DNA of 53,399 bases. Source: Thelocarpon superellum (lineage: Eukaryota). Location: positions 1 to 53,399 of the forward strand of contig JAPEUG010000080.1 of assembly GCA_026025795.1 (NCBI GenBank). The letters are read 5' to 3'. Under the pieces are notes generated by a model. That model ran no database searches. It was given only the letters and a program-made list of their open reading frames with translations, and was not told the DNA's origin. The position numbers and the translations under genes are program-made. The stretch's first letter is position 1; every line of letters begins with the position of its first letter. Shown here piece after piece: positions 23,245 to 36,311 of this stretch.

Positions 23245-25364
23245 ATGCCGTGCTTCAAGGGCCTGGCCGTGAGCATCCACACTCCCGACGGGCCGCTCCC
23301 GGAACATTCCATCCAGCGTCAATCGCGGCATTCACGCATCACCTCCTACATCCCTGTGCCGCCGGCCAAGATCCCCCCCGACTCTACGACCAACCGGCCC
23401 GAGCAGTCGACCTTCGCCATCTCCATCACCCTGTTGACGCCAGGCCTAAGCGTCCCCTACTCCGCCCCCGCGCCAACGGATGAGGACCCATATCCATCAC
23501 CCAAGGTCGTCGGCGGTCTACCAAATTATGGAGACGATCGAGGACGATATGATAGTGCGATTGGACCGTACTTGCCACTCACCTCTTCGCCCAACGAGAC
23601 CGTAGCGGCCTACATATACTTCGACGGGCGGGGCAAGGAGGAAGTGGCGACGCTCCTCCGGCGCGGCGAGGAAACTTGGGTCAATTCGCGATGGGTCTCA
23701 GTGCCCGAGTCCGAAGGCGGGGGCCTGGCCGAGCGAGAGTTTCTGTTCCGCGAGGTGGGACTCGAGCGGTGGTTGAACGGACTAGACCTGGATGGCAAAG
23801 AGGCCGCGGCCAAGACCGAGCGGAGGAGGCTTCGCTCCGAGCAACGGCGGCGGCGGCGGAGAGAGGCTCGCAATGAAGCACAGATGGAGATGGACTCGGG
23901 ACGAGATGATACCGGTAGCGGAACTGGGCGAACCGACCAGGAAGGCCTGCTTCGATATGGGAGTGATGGTCGATCACCCGTTGAGAAGGTGTCTGATGAG
24001 AGCGACCTGGCCTTTTCTTCGGACGACGAGTCCGACGATGAGCCTCCAGTCCCGGAAGCCGCCGGGCAGATCAAAGTGGCTCTATTCCGCGTCCTGGCCT
24101 CGGGCGAGATCAAGCGTGGCGAGTACTCGCCGCAGTTCGACGCGCACGATGATGACGAGGAGGCAGAAGGCGGGCGCGGCAAGGGTACCCAAGCCGCCAA
24201 CGGCGCTGGTGCGGACGAAGCGGACATTGACCACACGACGAGCTTCGCGAAGCCCAAGACGCTGGATCCCAAGTCCATCAGCACACAGACGGTGACGGGG
24301 ATAGATGGGCCTGATAAGCCCTACGCCGTCTTTACCTTTCTGTACCGCGGCGAGCGTACGTGTGTCCCTGGGTTGTCACGGCGTGGACTAACGTGGGGTA
24401 GGACAACTCCAAAAGATGGGCATCCTGCCCACGCCCAAAGGTCACGAACAACCCAGCGCTCCCACCAGCAAACGACGGTCGGTGCCCACGGACTTTTCCA
24501 AGCTGGGTCCCTTGAAAGCAGGGGGCACAGTGGGTTTCTCGACCTTTCGAGACAACGATCGACCGGTATCGCGCAAGTCGAACGGGCTGGAAGTGAAGAA
24601 AGAGCGGTCGATGGACGGCGATAGTGACGAGGACGAGGAGGAGCTGAACGAGATGATCGATAAGGCGGACGACGCGGACATTAAAACCGAAGACAAGGAC
24701 CACCTCTCGGTGGAAGACGCCCGACGCCAGGGCGAGTTGGCCGATGGATTACGAAAGATCAAGGTGGGTCCATTCAGATCATTCCGCCGTGTGCATCATG
24801 CTCACTCACGCCACGCAGCTCAAACGTGCGCACTCGTCAGACTCCGTAAAGGACCGTGCGCCACGCAAGTCGACCACCTCACACACGCCAACTGGAGCAT
24901 CGCCCACGGACGCGTCAGCCCTGTCTTCGACACCGCCATCCTCGTCGATCCTGTTGGCACAAGCCGTGGACCAACCGCACGGCCCGACCAGCACCCCACA
25001 TCGATCCTACCCGCACCCGGGCGGTCCAGTCGACCAGGCGATTCTCGGCTCGCCACTGAAGAAGTCTCGGCCTAGTTTACCAGGGATTGACGACCAGCGC
25101 TTTGGCAGCGGGAGCGTGACAGGGACAGGGACATCCCTAGGCCTGGGAATGCCCGGGTCTTCTTCTCCTTTGATCGGAGGGGTGGCGGGACAAGAACAAG
25201 AACAAGGACAGGGCGAGGGTGGCACTGTCATGGAGCGGATTGAGCGAGCTGAACGAGAGAGGGCGAGAGAACGGGAAAGGGAGGCGGGAAGACTGGGGGA
25301 AAAGGAAACGACCAAAGGAACATCAGGCATAGCTGCCGTCGACGGCGACGATGTTGAATTATAA
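23245..25364 (+). CDS. Conserved fungal hypothetical protein (acidic/low-complexity)
   Basis: Introns 24356..24401 and 24764..24818 join three ORFs in frame. Conserved-looking blocks VAAYIYFDGR.KEEVATLLRRGEETWVNSRW and VFTFLYRGERQLQKMGIL. Confidence 0.85.
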
Positions 25365-25448
25365 GTCGTGGACGTGGATCTTGGCTGAGGATTGTGGAAT
25401 GTGGGTTGACTTGGCGACTTGACTGAGATGGGGTAGTATGCCAGGAAA

Positions 25449-25760
25449 GAGAGACGGAGAGACGGAGAGACGGAGAGACGGAGAGACGGAGAGACGGAGA
25501 AAGACAGGGAGTGAGATGAGGGGAGGGAAGGCAGAGCGTGGCGGAGTCATTAAGCTGGCGAAGAGCGAAGAGCGAAGAGCGAAGAGCGGAGGACGATAGG
25601 CACAGGACAAACAGAGGCACAAGCAGAGACACGGAAACGAACAAACATACAGAGATACACTCTCAATCACTCACTAACTCACAGGGAGGTAGGGAGAGGC
25701 AGAGACCGAGCGGCAGTGAGACGCGAATGAACGAATGAATGACTGAATGAATGAAGGAAT
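25449..25760. repeat. Microsatellite cluster: (GAGACGGA)x6 at 25451-25498, (GCGAAGA)x4 near 25558-25588, (TGAA)n near 25725-25755
   Basis: Read directly from the sequence in the convergent 3' intergenic region. Confidence 0.9.
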
Positions 25761-26432
25761 GCCAAATGTCGCACTGCATCGCATATACAAGTACGACTTC
25801 TGCCCCACATTATACCCTGAATGCCCAGCATCCTCTCCACCAAGACCCAAGTGGTTGGGAGAAAAACTAGTAAAATTCGATAGCCAGGTAAACTAACTAG
25901 CTAGGGAGGAAGGTGGCGAATGAATCATAATAAGGCTGGCCTCTTGCTGCTGCTGATATAGTTAGACAAATCATCATCACAATCAACGACAGCGGGTAAG
26001 GATTGAGTCGAGGAATCAAGGAATAAATGCCTCCTGCTCCCACTCCCACTCCTCCTTCTCCTTCTCCTTCTCCTTCCCTTCTCCTTCTCCTTTGCCTTCT
26101 CCATCTCCTCCTCCTTCCCCGTAATGCAAAAAGCGCCGTGACTATACAGCACACCCCCCCCACACACCGTTCCCATGTTCCCATGTCCCGTGTGTCGTGT
26201 GCCATGTCCCATGCTCATATCATATCCCACATCAGACCATGCCAGGTCCTCTTGTACCCGTACCCCGCCCCACCTTGTGACAACGCCGAAACGTAAGGAA
26301 CCCTCGCTGTGGAAATCCCCGCCCAAATCATTTGACATCAAGACAAATCAGACCGCCCTTCTCTGCTCCTCCGTGATCTCCCCAAACGCCTTTTTTGCAC
26401 TGCTGGTCTCGTCTCATCCTCTTCGCTCCCAC

Positions 26433-28712
26433 TTAGCCCGTGATCCATTGACAACGACAAAGTCCCGGACGCGACTGTCGCTTTTCCACCACGGACCGTT
26501 TCCGTGACCGGGACGCGGTCGGCGACAATTCTGCAATCGTGATCGTCGTCGGGCTGCCGTTGGGGCCGGGAGGCGCGGGCCCAACGGTGCCGTCCTCGAG
26601 CACCTGCATCTGCGTACAATACGGCTGTACCGTGAAGGCCGGGTCCTGAGCCCGTCGATCCTCGATCTTCACCACCTTCGGGTACGGCGCGAGGGATGAC
26701 TGCGACGGTGACGAGTTTGGCGTGGCGGGTGTCGTTGATGGCGCCGCCCCCGACGCAGCTGTCGTCGTCGCGGCTGCTCGACGATTGACCGTGGAGGAGT
26801 CTTGGGTGACGTAGATAAATCCCTGGAGGATCGTGTCGTTCCAATAGCAATACCACGGCTGATCCCCGGGCTGGGCCACATCATGTCGGATGGCTGACAG
26901 GAGGGGCGAGTTGGACATCGGCGGACCGGCCCCTGGGGGCGGAAGAGGGTAATAGCCTCGTTCCTCGAGCTCCAACGCCTCCTCAAAGGCCCGTTTATTC
27001 GCCGCCGGGCCCGTGCCAAAGCTCTCGTTCTTGAGAATGACCATCTTCGTGTAGGGCACCTGGAAGACAAACGACGGGCCTCGCGCCTTATCGTCCAGAT
27101 CGGTCATCTCGCCGAGGGGCTGGGGTACGCTCACGGTCGGTGGCTGCATCCCATACCTCGGAGGCCCAGGTGGTGTTGGCGATCCAAGAAGCTGTACAAG
27201 GTGCGAGATGTTGGAGGACCCCGGAGAGATCTGGATCTCCATGATGGACATGCCAAGGGGCATTTCACAGGCCCACGCCCCAACTTGATTTGGGTCCGTC
27301 TGGCACGTGGCCGACGAGTTGGCCACTGTGCTCAGATCGAGCGAGTAATTTCCCGTCGGGAGCTGCGGGAGATCAGGCGGCGGCGTAGCTAGCGGGGACG
27401 CATCGAAGGTGCTGGTGACCGTCGCAAATACCGTGGCCGCTCTGCGCATGGTCAGTACCGTCCAGTTGTCCCTTGATGCCCATGTCACTCACGGTGCTGC
27501 CGACGAGACTGCCTGCGGCGACGCTGCCTCTGCCTTGAGCGCAGCTTCATGGCTGTGATTCAGGACTCGACCGATGATGAGGCCGAGGATGATGCCCGCA
27601 AACATGACGGCGACCAATACGATGGCCCAGATGGGTACCTTTCCACAACACACCCTCTTCTTTCCTCGCTCCGCCCACTTCTCCTTAGATGGTAATGGTC
27701 TCTCGGCCGCATCAGGGCTGGGACCGGTCAGGTGTGCCCGACTCGAGTCGCTCATCATACTCCGCATCGATTGTCGAGACTGTAAAGGTGCCAGTGTATC
27801 CTCGGCCGTAGGTGCAAAGTGAGAGGTTCCGATGCCGGCGCCGGCGCCGGCGCCGGCGACGGTGGACTCCTCGGGGAGATCAGGATCGTAGCCTTTTCGG
27901 CCCGCATTGTCGGGATATTTGGAGTAAGGCGGTAACTGCTCGGTATGACCGTCCGGACCCACGATCCCGTCTTCCTCGCCCTCAGGTCCGCGGCGTCGCT
28001 CAAAGGTCCGGTGCAGCCCGGGAAATCCAACAGGAATATCCAGAACCGCGGCGGGGGCCGCATTCGCCGGGGTCGTAGTCGCCGGGATCGCATTCGACGG
28101 CTCGGCGGCGACGATGACTGGTAGCGGGTTTTGTGGATACATACCATACGGATGTTGCGGACCTCTTGGGCCCGCGTAGACAGGCGACGGTGGACGTACG
28201 GAGGTATTCGTCACGACGCTGGCAGTACGAGCAAGGCCAATGTCCTGTGGGTACATGCCGTACGGATGGCTCGGGCCTGACGGGCCCTGATACGGGCCGT
28301 GGGTAGGCGCGATCGTGGAAGTAGAGGAGACGCTGACGGTCTTGTTGGACATTACGGTCGGATGAGAGATGCGGGAGGTAGACACGATGCTGTCATTCCG
28401 TTGCCGGGGCTCTATTGGCGAGACGTCGGCAGAGGGAGGAAAGACCGTAGATACGGCAGTGTCGACCTGGGATGAGCGGACTGGGGCCATGAGCGACGAG
28501 GGGCCAAGTTGTGGAATGGATGGTTGGGCTGGGCGGGATGGCGTGGGAAGGGTGGAGTGCGATCCTATGCCGTTGGCGACGCCAAACGGCTCGAGGCTGA
28601 AGTCATTCTGGAGCGTCTCGAGAGCGGAGAGTCGAGCAGAGGCGCGACGGGGCTCGGCCGACGACGCCGGCGGCGGCGGGGAAGAGCGTCTTTTCAGCGA
28701 CTGGTCTGCCAT
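26433..28712 (-). CDS. Conserved fungal single-pass membrane protein with a Cys-containing C-terminal domain
   Basis: Intron 27492..27442 joins the two ORFs. Pro/Ser-rich N-terminus with HPYGMYPQ repeats and EQLPPYSKYP, TM segment IWAIVLVAVMFAGIILGLIIG, then WYCYWNDTILQGFIYV, YPKVVKIEDRR and CRCQW. Confidence 0.85.
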
Positions 28713-30869
28713 GACGGCCGGCGACCCGCGACCGGCTACGGGCGACGTAGATGGGATGAACGTCGCAGCACTACCGGGCGGCTGACGTGTTCAACGCTCG
28801 TAGACAGATGGTGAGGGTGCAGAGGGAAAAGGAATGAGGTGGGTGCATGGATGAGATGTGAGCGAATGTGGGCAGTGGGCAGTGAGGCACAATTGGTCAG
28901 ACCGGCGGAGGAGCGGTGGGACAGGTGGACGTGGTGCTTGTGGGAGAGAAAGGCGGCGGAGTCAGCCAGAATGGCTTTTCACACCACGATGAGCACATAG
29001 CACAGGCACGGGCACCGCACTCGCACTCGCGCTTCCTACTGACACCGCACAGAGGCAGCTCACGCACACCCATACCCGGCACCCTCGCCGTCCTCCGTAC
29101 TCCGTCTTAGCCGTGTGGGACGGCGGCCACTACTACTTGGGTGGCGCGAGCAGGAACCGGACGCCCGTGTCTCAGCCGACCGAGGACCAAGGCACGACTT
29201 GAAGGGCGTGGATTGGTCGAGCAGGGGCGAGACGAGACTAACTATCGAGCAGGCGCAGTAACGGCAGCGGCAGCACCAACACCTGAAACGGCTAGGTGAG
29301 AGTGACACGGTGACATTGGCATGTACCGCCGCCGATACCTGCGACTGGTGCCAGAGGAGGTACAAGAACAAGTATCCAGGACTTATTGCGCGACCATCAC
29401 CTTCGACCCATGACTCAAGTAGTACTTGCTTGGGAATCAGTAGGGTGCCGTTCCTGGCTTCTACGTTGGTTTCAAATGTCGCTGTAGGTCGAGTTCTCCA
29501 TTGACAGGCGCTTCAAGATACACTCAACCGGGCGGATTCTCCACTACCAACCCACGATGTCCTAAGCACTCTCTCCCTGGCACTTCACACCGCGCACCTT
29601 GCAAATCATCACTGGACTTGCCGTATCCTCCGCCGTACTGGCTGGCGGTACCAGTGACGGTAGTAGCGAAGGTGACGGCCCTTGGCGACGGTAAAAACGG
29701 CCCAGACCCCGAGTTTGTGCCTCCAGATCGACCCGCACCGGACGGACGATCTTCTGAGAAATCGGCCCTTTCTTCATTTGGACCGCCTGGGCAGCATGCT
29801 CTCCACCCTTCGCTCGGTCGAGGAGTCTCCCCAGCTCTCCTCAGATGCCGAAGTGGGTAGGGGTAGGCGTGGCCAAGCATGGCCCATAAAGTCCCTGTCA
29901 CCTTATGCGACGGGAGCTGTGCGTTGGAGGTGGTCGAGGCGAATGGAGTCTTCATGCTGTTGCGAGGTGAAACCGTGCTGCTCCAGTCGTTGGTAGCGGA
30001 CGCCCAATTTTCACGCGACCGGGGAAGATCTCCCCCTGGCGCAAAATGACCAACCCTAGCAAGGAAGGTTGAATGCCATGCCCGAGCCCCACTTGTCAAA
30101 AATCCTTTGAGGCCATCCTTCTCAGAGGCCCATGCATCCTCGCAACGCAGCGGATGGAACCATGAAAGAGGCGACAAGTGGATGAGGAGGTCACGACAGT
30201 GCTTGGGCCATCCTCCCCGATTTGTCCGATTTGAATCCGGATAGTTATCGTGTGTGCAGGGCCCAGGATGGGAGGTCCAGGGGTGTTATGCTTCTTCCTC
30301 GGCTAGGCCCGATATTTGGGTGCTCTAAGATACGCCAGCAGGTGCGGTCCAGTTGAAGAGCAACGATAGTGTGGAGAGGCGTTGGTGGTATGCTCCCCAC
30401 GGCGACAACCGATGCACGATCAGGTCGACCGCAACGCCGACATACGGTTTGACATGATGGAGATCTAGCTCAGGGTTTCTTCAAGACGTATTGCACCCGC
30501 TCTAGAACGTGGGAGTGAATTACGACTGCCATTGTGAGCGTAGGTAAGTGCTACTTGCTCTTGGGAACACCTCACGCGCTCTCGTTGGCTGTGGTGCTCA
30601 CCGCTTTCGCAAGCGTCTGTTGACCAACGACCCAAGACAAACCCTATAAGTGCTCCGGCGGCGTCCACAGGCACACCTTCTCTTCTCTCCCCCTCGATGC
30701 CCTGCGTGCTCGTGTGCTGCTCTCCCACACCACCCCGTGCTCTCGAGCGGTGTTTCATCGGGATCCCGGAAAGCTCCCACGGTAGCTACCTCAGCCAGGG
30801 CATTGAACGGCCTCCCATTGGCGGACCCTTTCTCCTGAAACCACACGCGACCCACGGACGATCCAGATC

Positions 30870-32473
30870 ATGTCGTCACGCCCGCAGAATGTCGGCATCA
30901 AGGCCATTGAGATATACTTTCCGAGCCAAGTGCGCCTCCAGTCCCGTGCCAGATGGCTGATCGCTGATGGGCCGTCCAGTGCGTGGAGCAAGCCGAGCTG
31001 GAGAAGTTCGATGGCGTCAGTCAGGGCAAGTACACCATCGGCCTTGGCCAGACCAAGATGAGCTTCTGCGATGACCGGGAGGACATCTACTCCTTTGCCC
31101 TCACGACGGTGTCGTCGCTCCTGCACAAGTACGCCATCGACCCCACGTCCATCGGCCGGCTCGAGGTGGGCACGGAGACGCTCCTCGACAAGTCCAAGTC
31201 GGTCAAGTCGGTGCTCATGCAGCTGTTCACCCCGTCGGGCAATACCAACATCGAGGGCGTCGACACGATGAACGCGTGCTACGGCGGCACCAATGCGCTC
31301 TTCAACACGATCAACTGGGTCGAGTCCTCCGGCTGGGATGGGCGCGACGCCATCGTCGTCGCGGGCGACATCGCGCTGTACAAGAAGGGCAACGCCCGGC
31401 CGACGGGCGGGGCCGGGTGCGTTGCCATGCTGGTGGGGCCCAACGCACCCGTCGTGGTTGAGCCGGGGCTGCGCGGCACGTACATGCAGCACGTGTATGA
31501 CTTCTACAAGGCCGACCTCACGAGCGAATACCCCTTCGTCGATGGCCCCTACTCGGTCAAGTGCTACGCCGAAGCGCTGGACGCCTGCTACAAGGCCTAC
31601 AACAAGCGCGAGTCCGTCCTGGCCAAGGGCGCCCCGGTCAACGGCCATGCGGAGTCGGCTGCAGGGGCCACTACACCGCTCGACCGCTTTGACTACATGC
31701 TCTTCCACGCGCCGACGTGCAAGGTGGTGGCCAAGTCGTACGCGCGACTCCTCTACGGCGACTACGTCAGCGACCCGTCCAACCCAGCCTTCGCGACCGT
31801 ACCCACGGACCTGCGGGACATGGAGTACGAGAAGTCGCTCTCGGACAAGACGGTGGAGAAGACGTTTGTGGGCTTGAGCAAGAAGAGGTTCGAGGAGCGG
31901 GTGCAGGCGGGGATTCAGGTGCCGACGCTGTGCGGGAACATGTACTGCGCCAGCGTGTACGGGTCGCTGGTCTCGCTGCTGGGCCACGTGGACAGTGCGA
32001 GGTTGCAAGGGAAGCGCGTGGGCGTCTTCAGCTACGGCAGCGGGCTGGCGAGCAGCTTCTTCAGCCTGCGCATCGTCGGCGACACCTCGACCATGGCGGA
32101 GCGGGTGAATCTCGTGGCGCGACTGGCGGCGCGGAAGACGGTTCCCCCAGCCTTTTACGACGAGGTAGGACGAGACCCCGTGCCAGTCCTTCGTCCGTAC
32201 TCGTGCTCGTGCTCGTGCTTGTGCTTGTGCTCGTGCTCGTACCGTGCTCCTGCGTATGCTTATGCTCATGCTCATGCTCATGCTTACGCCTGTACCTGTG
32301 CTTGTGTCTGCAGTACCCCTGGCTGACATGCTGGACAGATGTGCGTATTGCGAGAAAAGGCCCACCTGAAGAACAACTACACGCCGCAAGGGGCACTCGA
32401 TGACATTGCGACGGGGACGTATTATCTCACGGGGGTGGATGAGCTGTTCCGACGGAACTACGAGATCAAGTGA
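30870..32473 (+). CDS. ERG13: Hydroxymethylglutaryl-CoA synthase
   Basis: MSSRPQNVGIKAIEIYFPSQ, introns 30930..30979 and 32165..32338, catalytic NACYGGT, ARPTGGAG, GNMYCAS, FSYGSG, ending YYLTGVDELFRRNYEIK*. Confidence 0.98.
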
Positions 32474-32498
32474 TAGGCCGATCCGGCCTGGATGATGT

Positions 32499-32614
32499 GA
32501 CGAGACGAGACGAGACGAGACGAGACGAGACGAGGAAGACGAAGCTGATGGTGGTGGTGATGGTGGTGGTGATGGTGATGGTGATGGTGATGGTGATGGT
32601 GGCGATGGTGATGA
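32499..32614. repeat. Microsatellites (GACGA)n and (GGTGAT)n in the ERG13 3' region
   Basis: Read directly. They explain the spurious poly-His and poly-Pro/Ser ORFs on the minus strand. Confidence 0.9.
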
Positions 32615-32760
32615 TCGTTGCATTTCCTCTTAGAATCCATATAGATCATCGAGCGATACTGCGAGGATGACAGACGGAAGACCGGAGAGGACGCGAGAAA
32701 AACGACAAAGACTGAATAGTCACGAGAGACCAAGTACGACCAAAGGAACAATGACCATCC

Positions 32761-34174
32761 TTAATAATGCAACTTCTCGAGCACTTTTAATAAATCGCTC
32801 GTGACCCCCATAGCCGTGACTTGACCTCCTGCGCTGTCGTTCACATTGTCCCGGTCAGCACGGTCTTCTTCAGGGAGTATGGCTGAAGGAGGTGAAGAGT
32901 GTGAGACAGGAGGTGGAGGGGAAGCAGCGGCAGAGGGGAGACAACATACCCGGCCCCTTGCACCACCAGTGGGTTGTCTCCATAACGTGTAGTGTAGAAT
33001 CGGACGAGGTTATCACTTCCCGTCAATGCGGCAATAGGATGAGACTTGTCGAAGCTGTGACACAGGCTTGTGAGCACGTCTCTAACAGCATGGCCATGTT
33101 CGATGTAGAGGTGGACCCCACTCTTCTATCCCAACTTTGAGCTGGCCCCGGGCTACGTCGATGCTGCCGACGTATCGAATCACCTGTCCTCTTGCCTCGG
33201 CGTCTCGCTTGACTGCGTCGAGCTCGTCATCGTACTGGTGGAGATGGGCGAGAAAGTGCTCTCCGCTGCTTGCATGTTCCAGGGCCTTGGGGATCAGAGA
33301 TTGCACCGGGAAACTGGAGGGTGATTCGACGCGTAGGCCGGCCAGACGAGCAAGGATGGTGAGTTTGCGTGCCACGTCCAACCCGTTCAGGTCGTCTCGA
33401 GGGTCTGGCTCCGTGTAGCCGAGTTCCTTGGCTTTCTTGACCTCGTCGCTGAAGTTCCCGCCGCCACCGGCAACGGGCGCGAAGCTGTTGAAGAGGAAGG
33501 CGAGGGTGCCTGAGAAGATGCCCTCGATCTTCACCACCGAGTCTCCTGTTCCAACGAGATCCTTGAGCGTGGAGATGATAGGGAGGCCTGCTCCGACCGA
33601 GCTCTCATGGAACACACTCCCCCTGTTCAATGACCCCGCCGTATTGAAGATGTCTTCCCAGAGCTCATAGCTCCCAGAGAAGGCTTTCTTATTCGGTGTG
33701 ATGATGTTGATGCCCCGCTGTAGAATGTCTGGGTATGCATCGGCCACGCTTTGGCTGCTGGTGTTGTCCACCAGAATCACCTTTCCAGGGGCATTGGTCA
33801 GATACTCGATGATGGCGACCAGGGGCAGGACATCCTGTTGCGATGCCGCAAGGTCTGCTTCCCAGCCGTGCAGGGAAAGGGGTCGAAAGTCTTCGGAGTA
33901 ACGGATGCTCGAGCTCCGTGCAATCAAGATGGGTGAAAGACGAGTGACAGGATGCTGAGACAGGAGGCGGCTAGAGAGCTCTTGGAGCTGCGACAAGAAA
34001 CAACGTCCCACGCCACCCACACCTGTGCCCTGTTCAGCTTGCCCGATTGTTGCGAGACGGGAGAGCTATGTACCAATGACGGCAATGTAGACGATACGAG
34101 ATTGGGCCGAATGATGAGCCTTGAGCTCTCTCCCTTCTGCGGGTGGAAACGACTGATGAGACATGACAGATGGA
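32761..34174 (-). CDS. HOM6: Homoserine dehydrogenase
   Basis: Four exons: ...IVYIAVIGVGGVG, ILVDNTS, ITPNKKAFS, ESSVGAGLPII, GYTEPDPRDDLNGLDVARK, PLVVQGAGAGGQVTAMGVTSDLLKV. Confidence 0.96.
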
Positions 34175-34483
34175 AGGCCGGCGGAGCTTCGGCATCTACT
34201 CCCGCACGGCGACTGGGTGTTTTGATTGGGCGAGAAAATGGTTGAACCCACACGTGCCCCACTCCAACCTACTGTGGGAGGGGGGAAGGAGCATACGGTG
34301 CCTGGTGGGGTGACCCTCTGGATGAGTTCTGTGGTTACGCCATCGCTACGGCGAGGCAAACGCCTGCAGTGACGAATACTTCCGTCATCAGCTACATCGT
34401 GCACATCGGACAGGTGTTCATCGCCCTTCCAACCAAAGAGGGTCGCCACGTCGTCTCTTCTGCATGTCCGTGACCATTGATTG

Positions 34484-35512
34484 ATGGCTGACTCTTCCCT
34501 CTATGGGATCCCACGTCCGAAGAAACATGCCAAAGAGATCTCGACGTCCACCTCTCTTGCCTTTGCGTCGCAGCTCTCGTCCTTGCTGTCGGCCAAGCCA
34601 GAGACGACACGAACGACGGCCGGAAGAGCCCGACCGAGCGCCAAGCCCGACCTATTCCAAGGGCATAACAAGCACATCAAGAAGCGCGCCGCGAGGGATC
34701 TGGAGGATGACGGTCCGTCGGCGGGAGAGCCCCGGCAGGACCTTGGAGGAGTCGAGCCTGGCTTACTTCACCGGTCGAAGCGAAAGATGGAGGAGAAGGC
34801 ACGGCTCTACGGGGCGATGAAGCGAGGAGACTACCTTCCTCCCGAGGGGGACGCCAGGCGAAATCTCGAGGAGGTGGGCTTGGTCGACTTTGACCGGAAA
34901 TGGGCCGAGGGCGAGACGCGAGGCCAGGGCAACGATGCCGACACCTCCTCGGAGGACGTGGACAGCGAGGAAGAGCTCGTGGAGTATCTGGATGAGTTTG
35001 GTCGCTTACGGAAGGGCACCAAGGCCCAAGCGGCCAAGGAAGCGCGACGCAAGCAGCTCCTGGCCGCTGATGAGCCGGATCGATTCTCCGCCCGACCGTC
35101 GCAGCCCAGCAATCTCATCTTCGGCGACACGGTGCAAGCCGCGGCATTCAATCCGGACGAGCCCGTGGCCATGAAGATGGAGGAACTGGCGCGGAAGCGG
35201 GACCGGTCCCTCACGCCGCCCGAGGAGGTGCACTACGACGCCACGTCCGAGGTCCGCAGCAAGGGCGTGGGCTTCTACGCCTTCTCCAAGGACGCCACGG
35301 TCCGCAAGCGGGAGATGGACCAGCTGGAACGCGAGCGGGTGGAGACGGAGCGGACTCGGCAGGAACAGCTGGAGCGCAAGGGGAGGAAGCAACGCGAGAT
35401 GGAGGCACGCCGAAAGGTGATCCGGGAGAAGCGGGGCCAGAAGGAAGCCGACCGATTTCTCGAGGACCTCGGCGGCAGCGTCCAAGGTCCCTCGGAAGAT
35501 CCGCCGGGATAG
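34484..35512 (+). CDS. CCDC174-family (DUF4078-like) coiled-coil protein
   Basis: Single ORF with RSKRKMEEKARLYGAMKRG, LVDFDRKW, VEYLDEFGRLRKG and HYDATSEVRSKGVGFYAFS. Confidence 0.85.
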   Translation: MADSSLYGIPRPKKHAKEISTSTSLAFASQLSSLLSAKPETTRTTAGRARPSAKPDLFQGHNKHIKKRAARDLEDDGPSAGEPRQDLGGVEPGLLHRSKRKMEEKARLYGAMKRGDYLPPEGDARRNLEEVGLVDFDRKWAEGETRGQGNDADTSSEDVDSEEELVEYLDEFGRLRKGTKAQAAKEARRKQLLAADEPDRFSARPSQPSNLIFGDTVQAAAFNPDEPVAMKMEELARKRDRSLTPPEEVHYDATSEVRSKGVGFYAFSKDATVRKREMDQLERERVETERTRQEQLERKGRKQREMEARRKVIREKRGQKEADRFLEDLGGSVQGPSEDPPG

Positions 35513-35837
35513 ATTGCCATCGTAAACGCGTCACAAGAACGTGTCCCGGGGGTATGAGCGGACGCCATGCAGCTACCGTACATTCGTAAGGTATCGCGGA
35601 TCCACCGGGCTCCCTCCCCATCGCGCCATCATCCAGGCAAGCAAGAAAGCATTGGGTGATCTCGAACGATGGTCCACCCCATCAAGCCGGAACGCCACAC
35701 GAGACTGGTCCAACGCTAAGAGGGAGACGGCGGATCAAGCAAGTGGGCAAGTTGGGAGACGGGTGCTTGCATGGGCGCCTGCATCGGGGCGACCAGAGCC
35801 TGCATTGATACCTGCGCTGGCACCGGCACCGGTACCG

Positions 35838-36311
35838 TCACTGGCGTGGAGGGATCAAAACGCCGCGGATCCAAGACTGTAGGGCGTGGTCAGCCTCGGG
35901 TTCTGGTGTGGCAGTCGGCTCCTTCACCCAGGGGCGCTCACCAAGGCCCTTGGATCGAAGGATGCGATGAATCGTGCTGGTCGACACGCCAAAGTCTCGA
36001 CTCAACGACGAGTAGGTGCAGTCTCGGCCGTCCTGGGCACTGCTCTGTCGCACCTTCTCCACCAGCTTGGCCTGCTCCTCCTCCGACACGATCTTGGGCC
36101 TGCCCGAGCGCGGCGCATCCTCGACGTATTCGGGCTTGATCTGTCCAGAGACCTTGGGGTCGAAGCCACGCGCGCGTGCGATCTTGCGGACGCGGTAGAT
36201 GGAGGTGCGGGACAGGCCCGAGGCCTTGATCACGCGTTGCATGGGCACATCTTCTTCGATCAAGGCCAAGGCTTGGATTCGCTGTGCGACGCCCTCGGAC
36301 TTGTCGCCCAT
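35838..36311 (-). CDS. Protein made only of the bipartite HTH DNA-binding region of a Tc1/mariner (IS630-Tc1) transposase, with no DDE domain
   Basis: MGDKSEGVAQRIQALALIEE..HTH1(SGLSRTSIYRV)..ARARGFDP..YVEDAPRSGRPK (GRPR-like linker)..HTH2(SLSRDFGVSTSTIHRILRSKG). Stops about 35 aa later. Confidence 0.8.
   Translation of the reverse strand: MGDKSEGVAQRIQALALIEEDVPMQRVIKASGLSRTSIYRVRKIARARGFDPKVSGQIKPEYVEDAPRSGRPKIVSEEEQAKLVEKVRQSSAQDGRDCTYSSLSRDFGVSTSTIHRILRSKGLGERPWVKEPTATPEPEADHALQSWIRGVLIPPRQ

Noticed and set aside
29524..30177. 217-aa ORF in the long intergenic region upstream of ERG13
   Set aside because: Non-ATG start, no coding-like composition or motifs. Probably promoter or leader sequence.
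30791..32623. 610-aa ORF on the minus strand
   Set aside because: Antisense shadow of ERG13 caused by high-GC3 codon usage, extended by microsatellites.
32458..32751. Poly-histidine ORF
   Set aside because: Translation of the (GGTGAT)n microsatellite between two convergent 3' ends.
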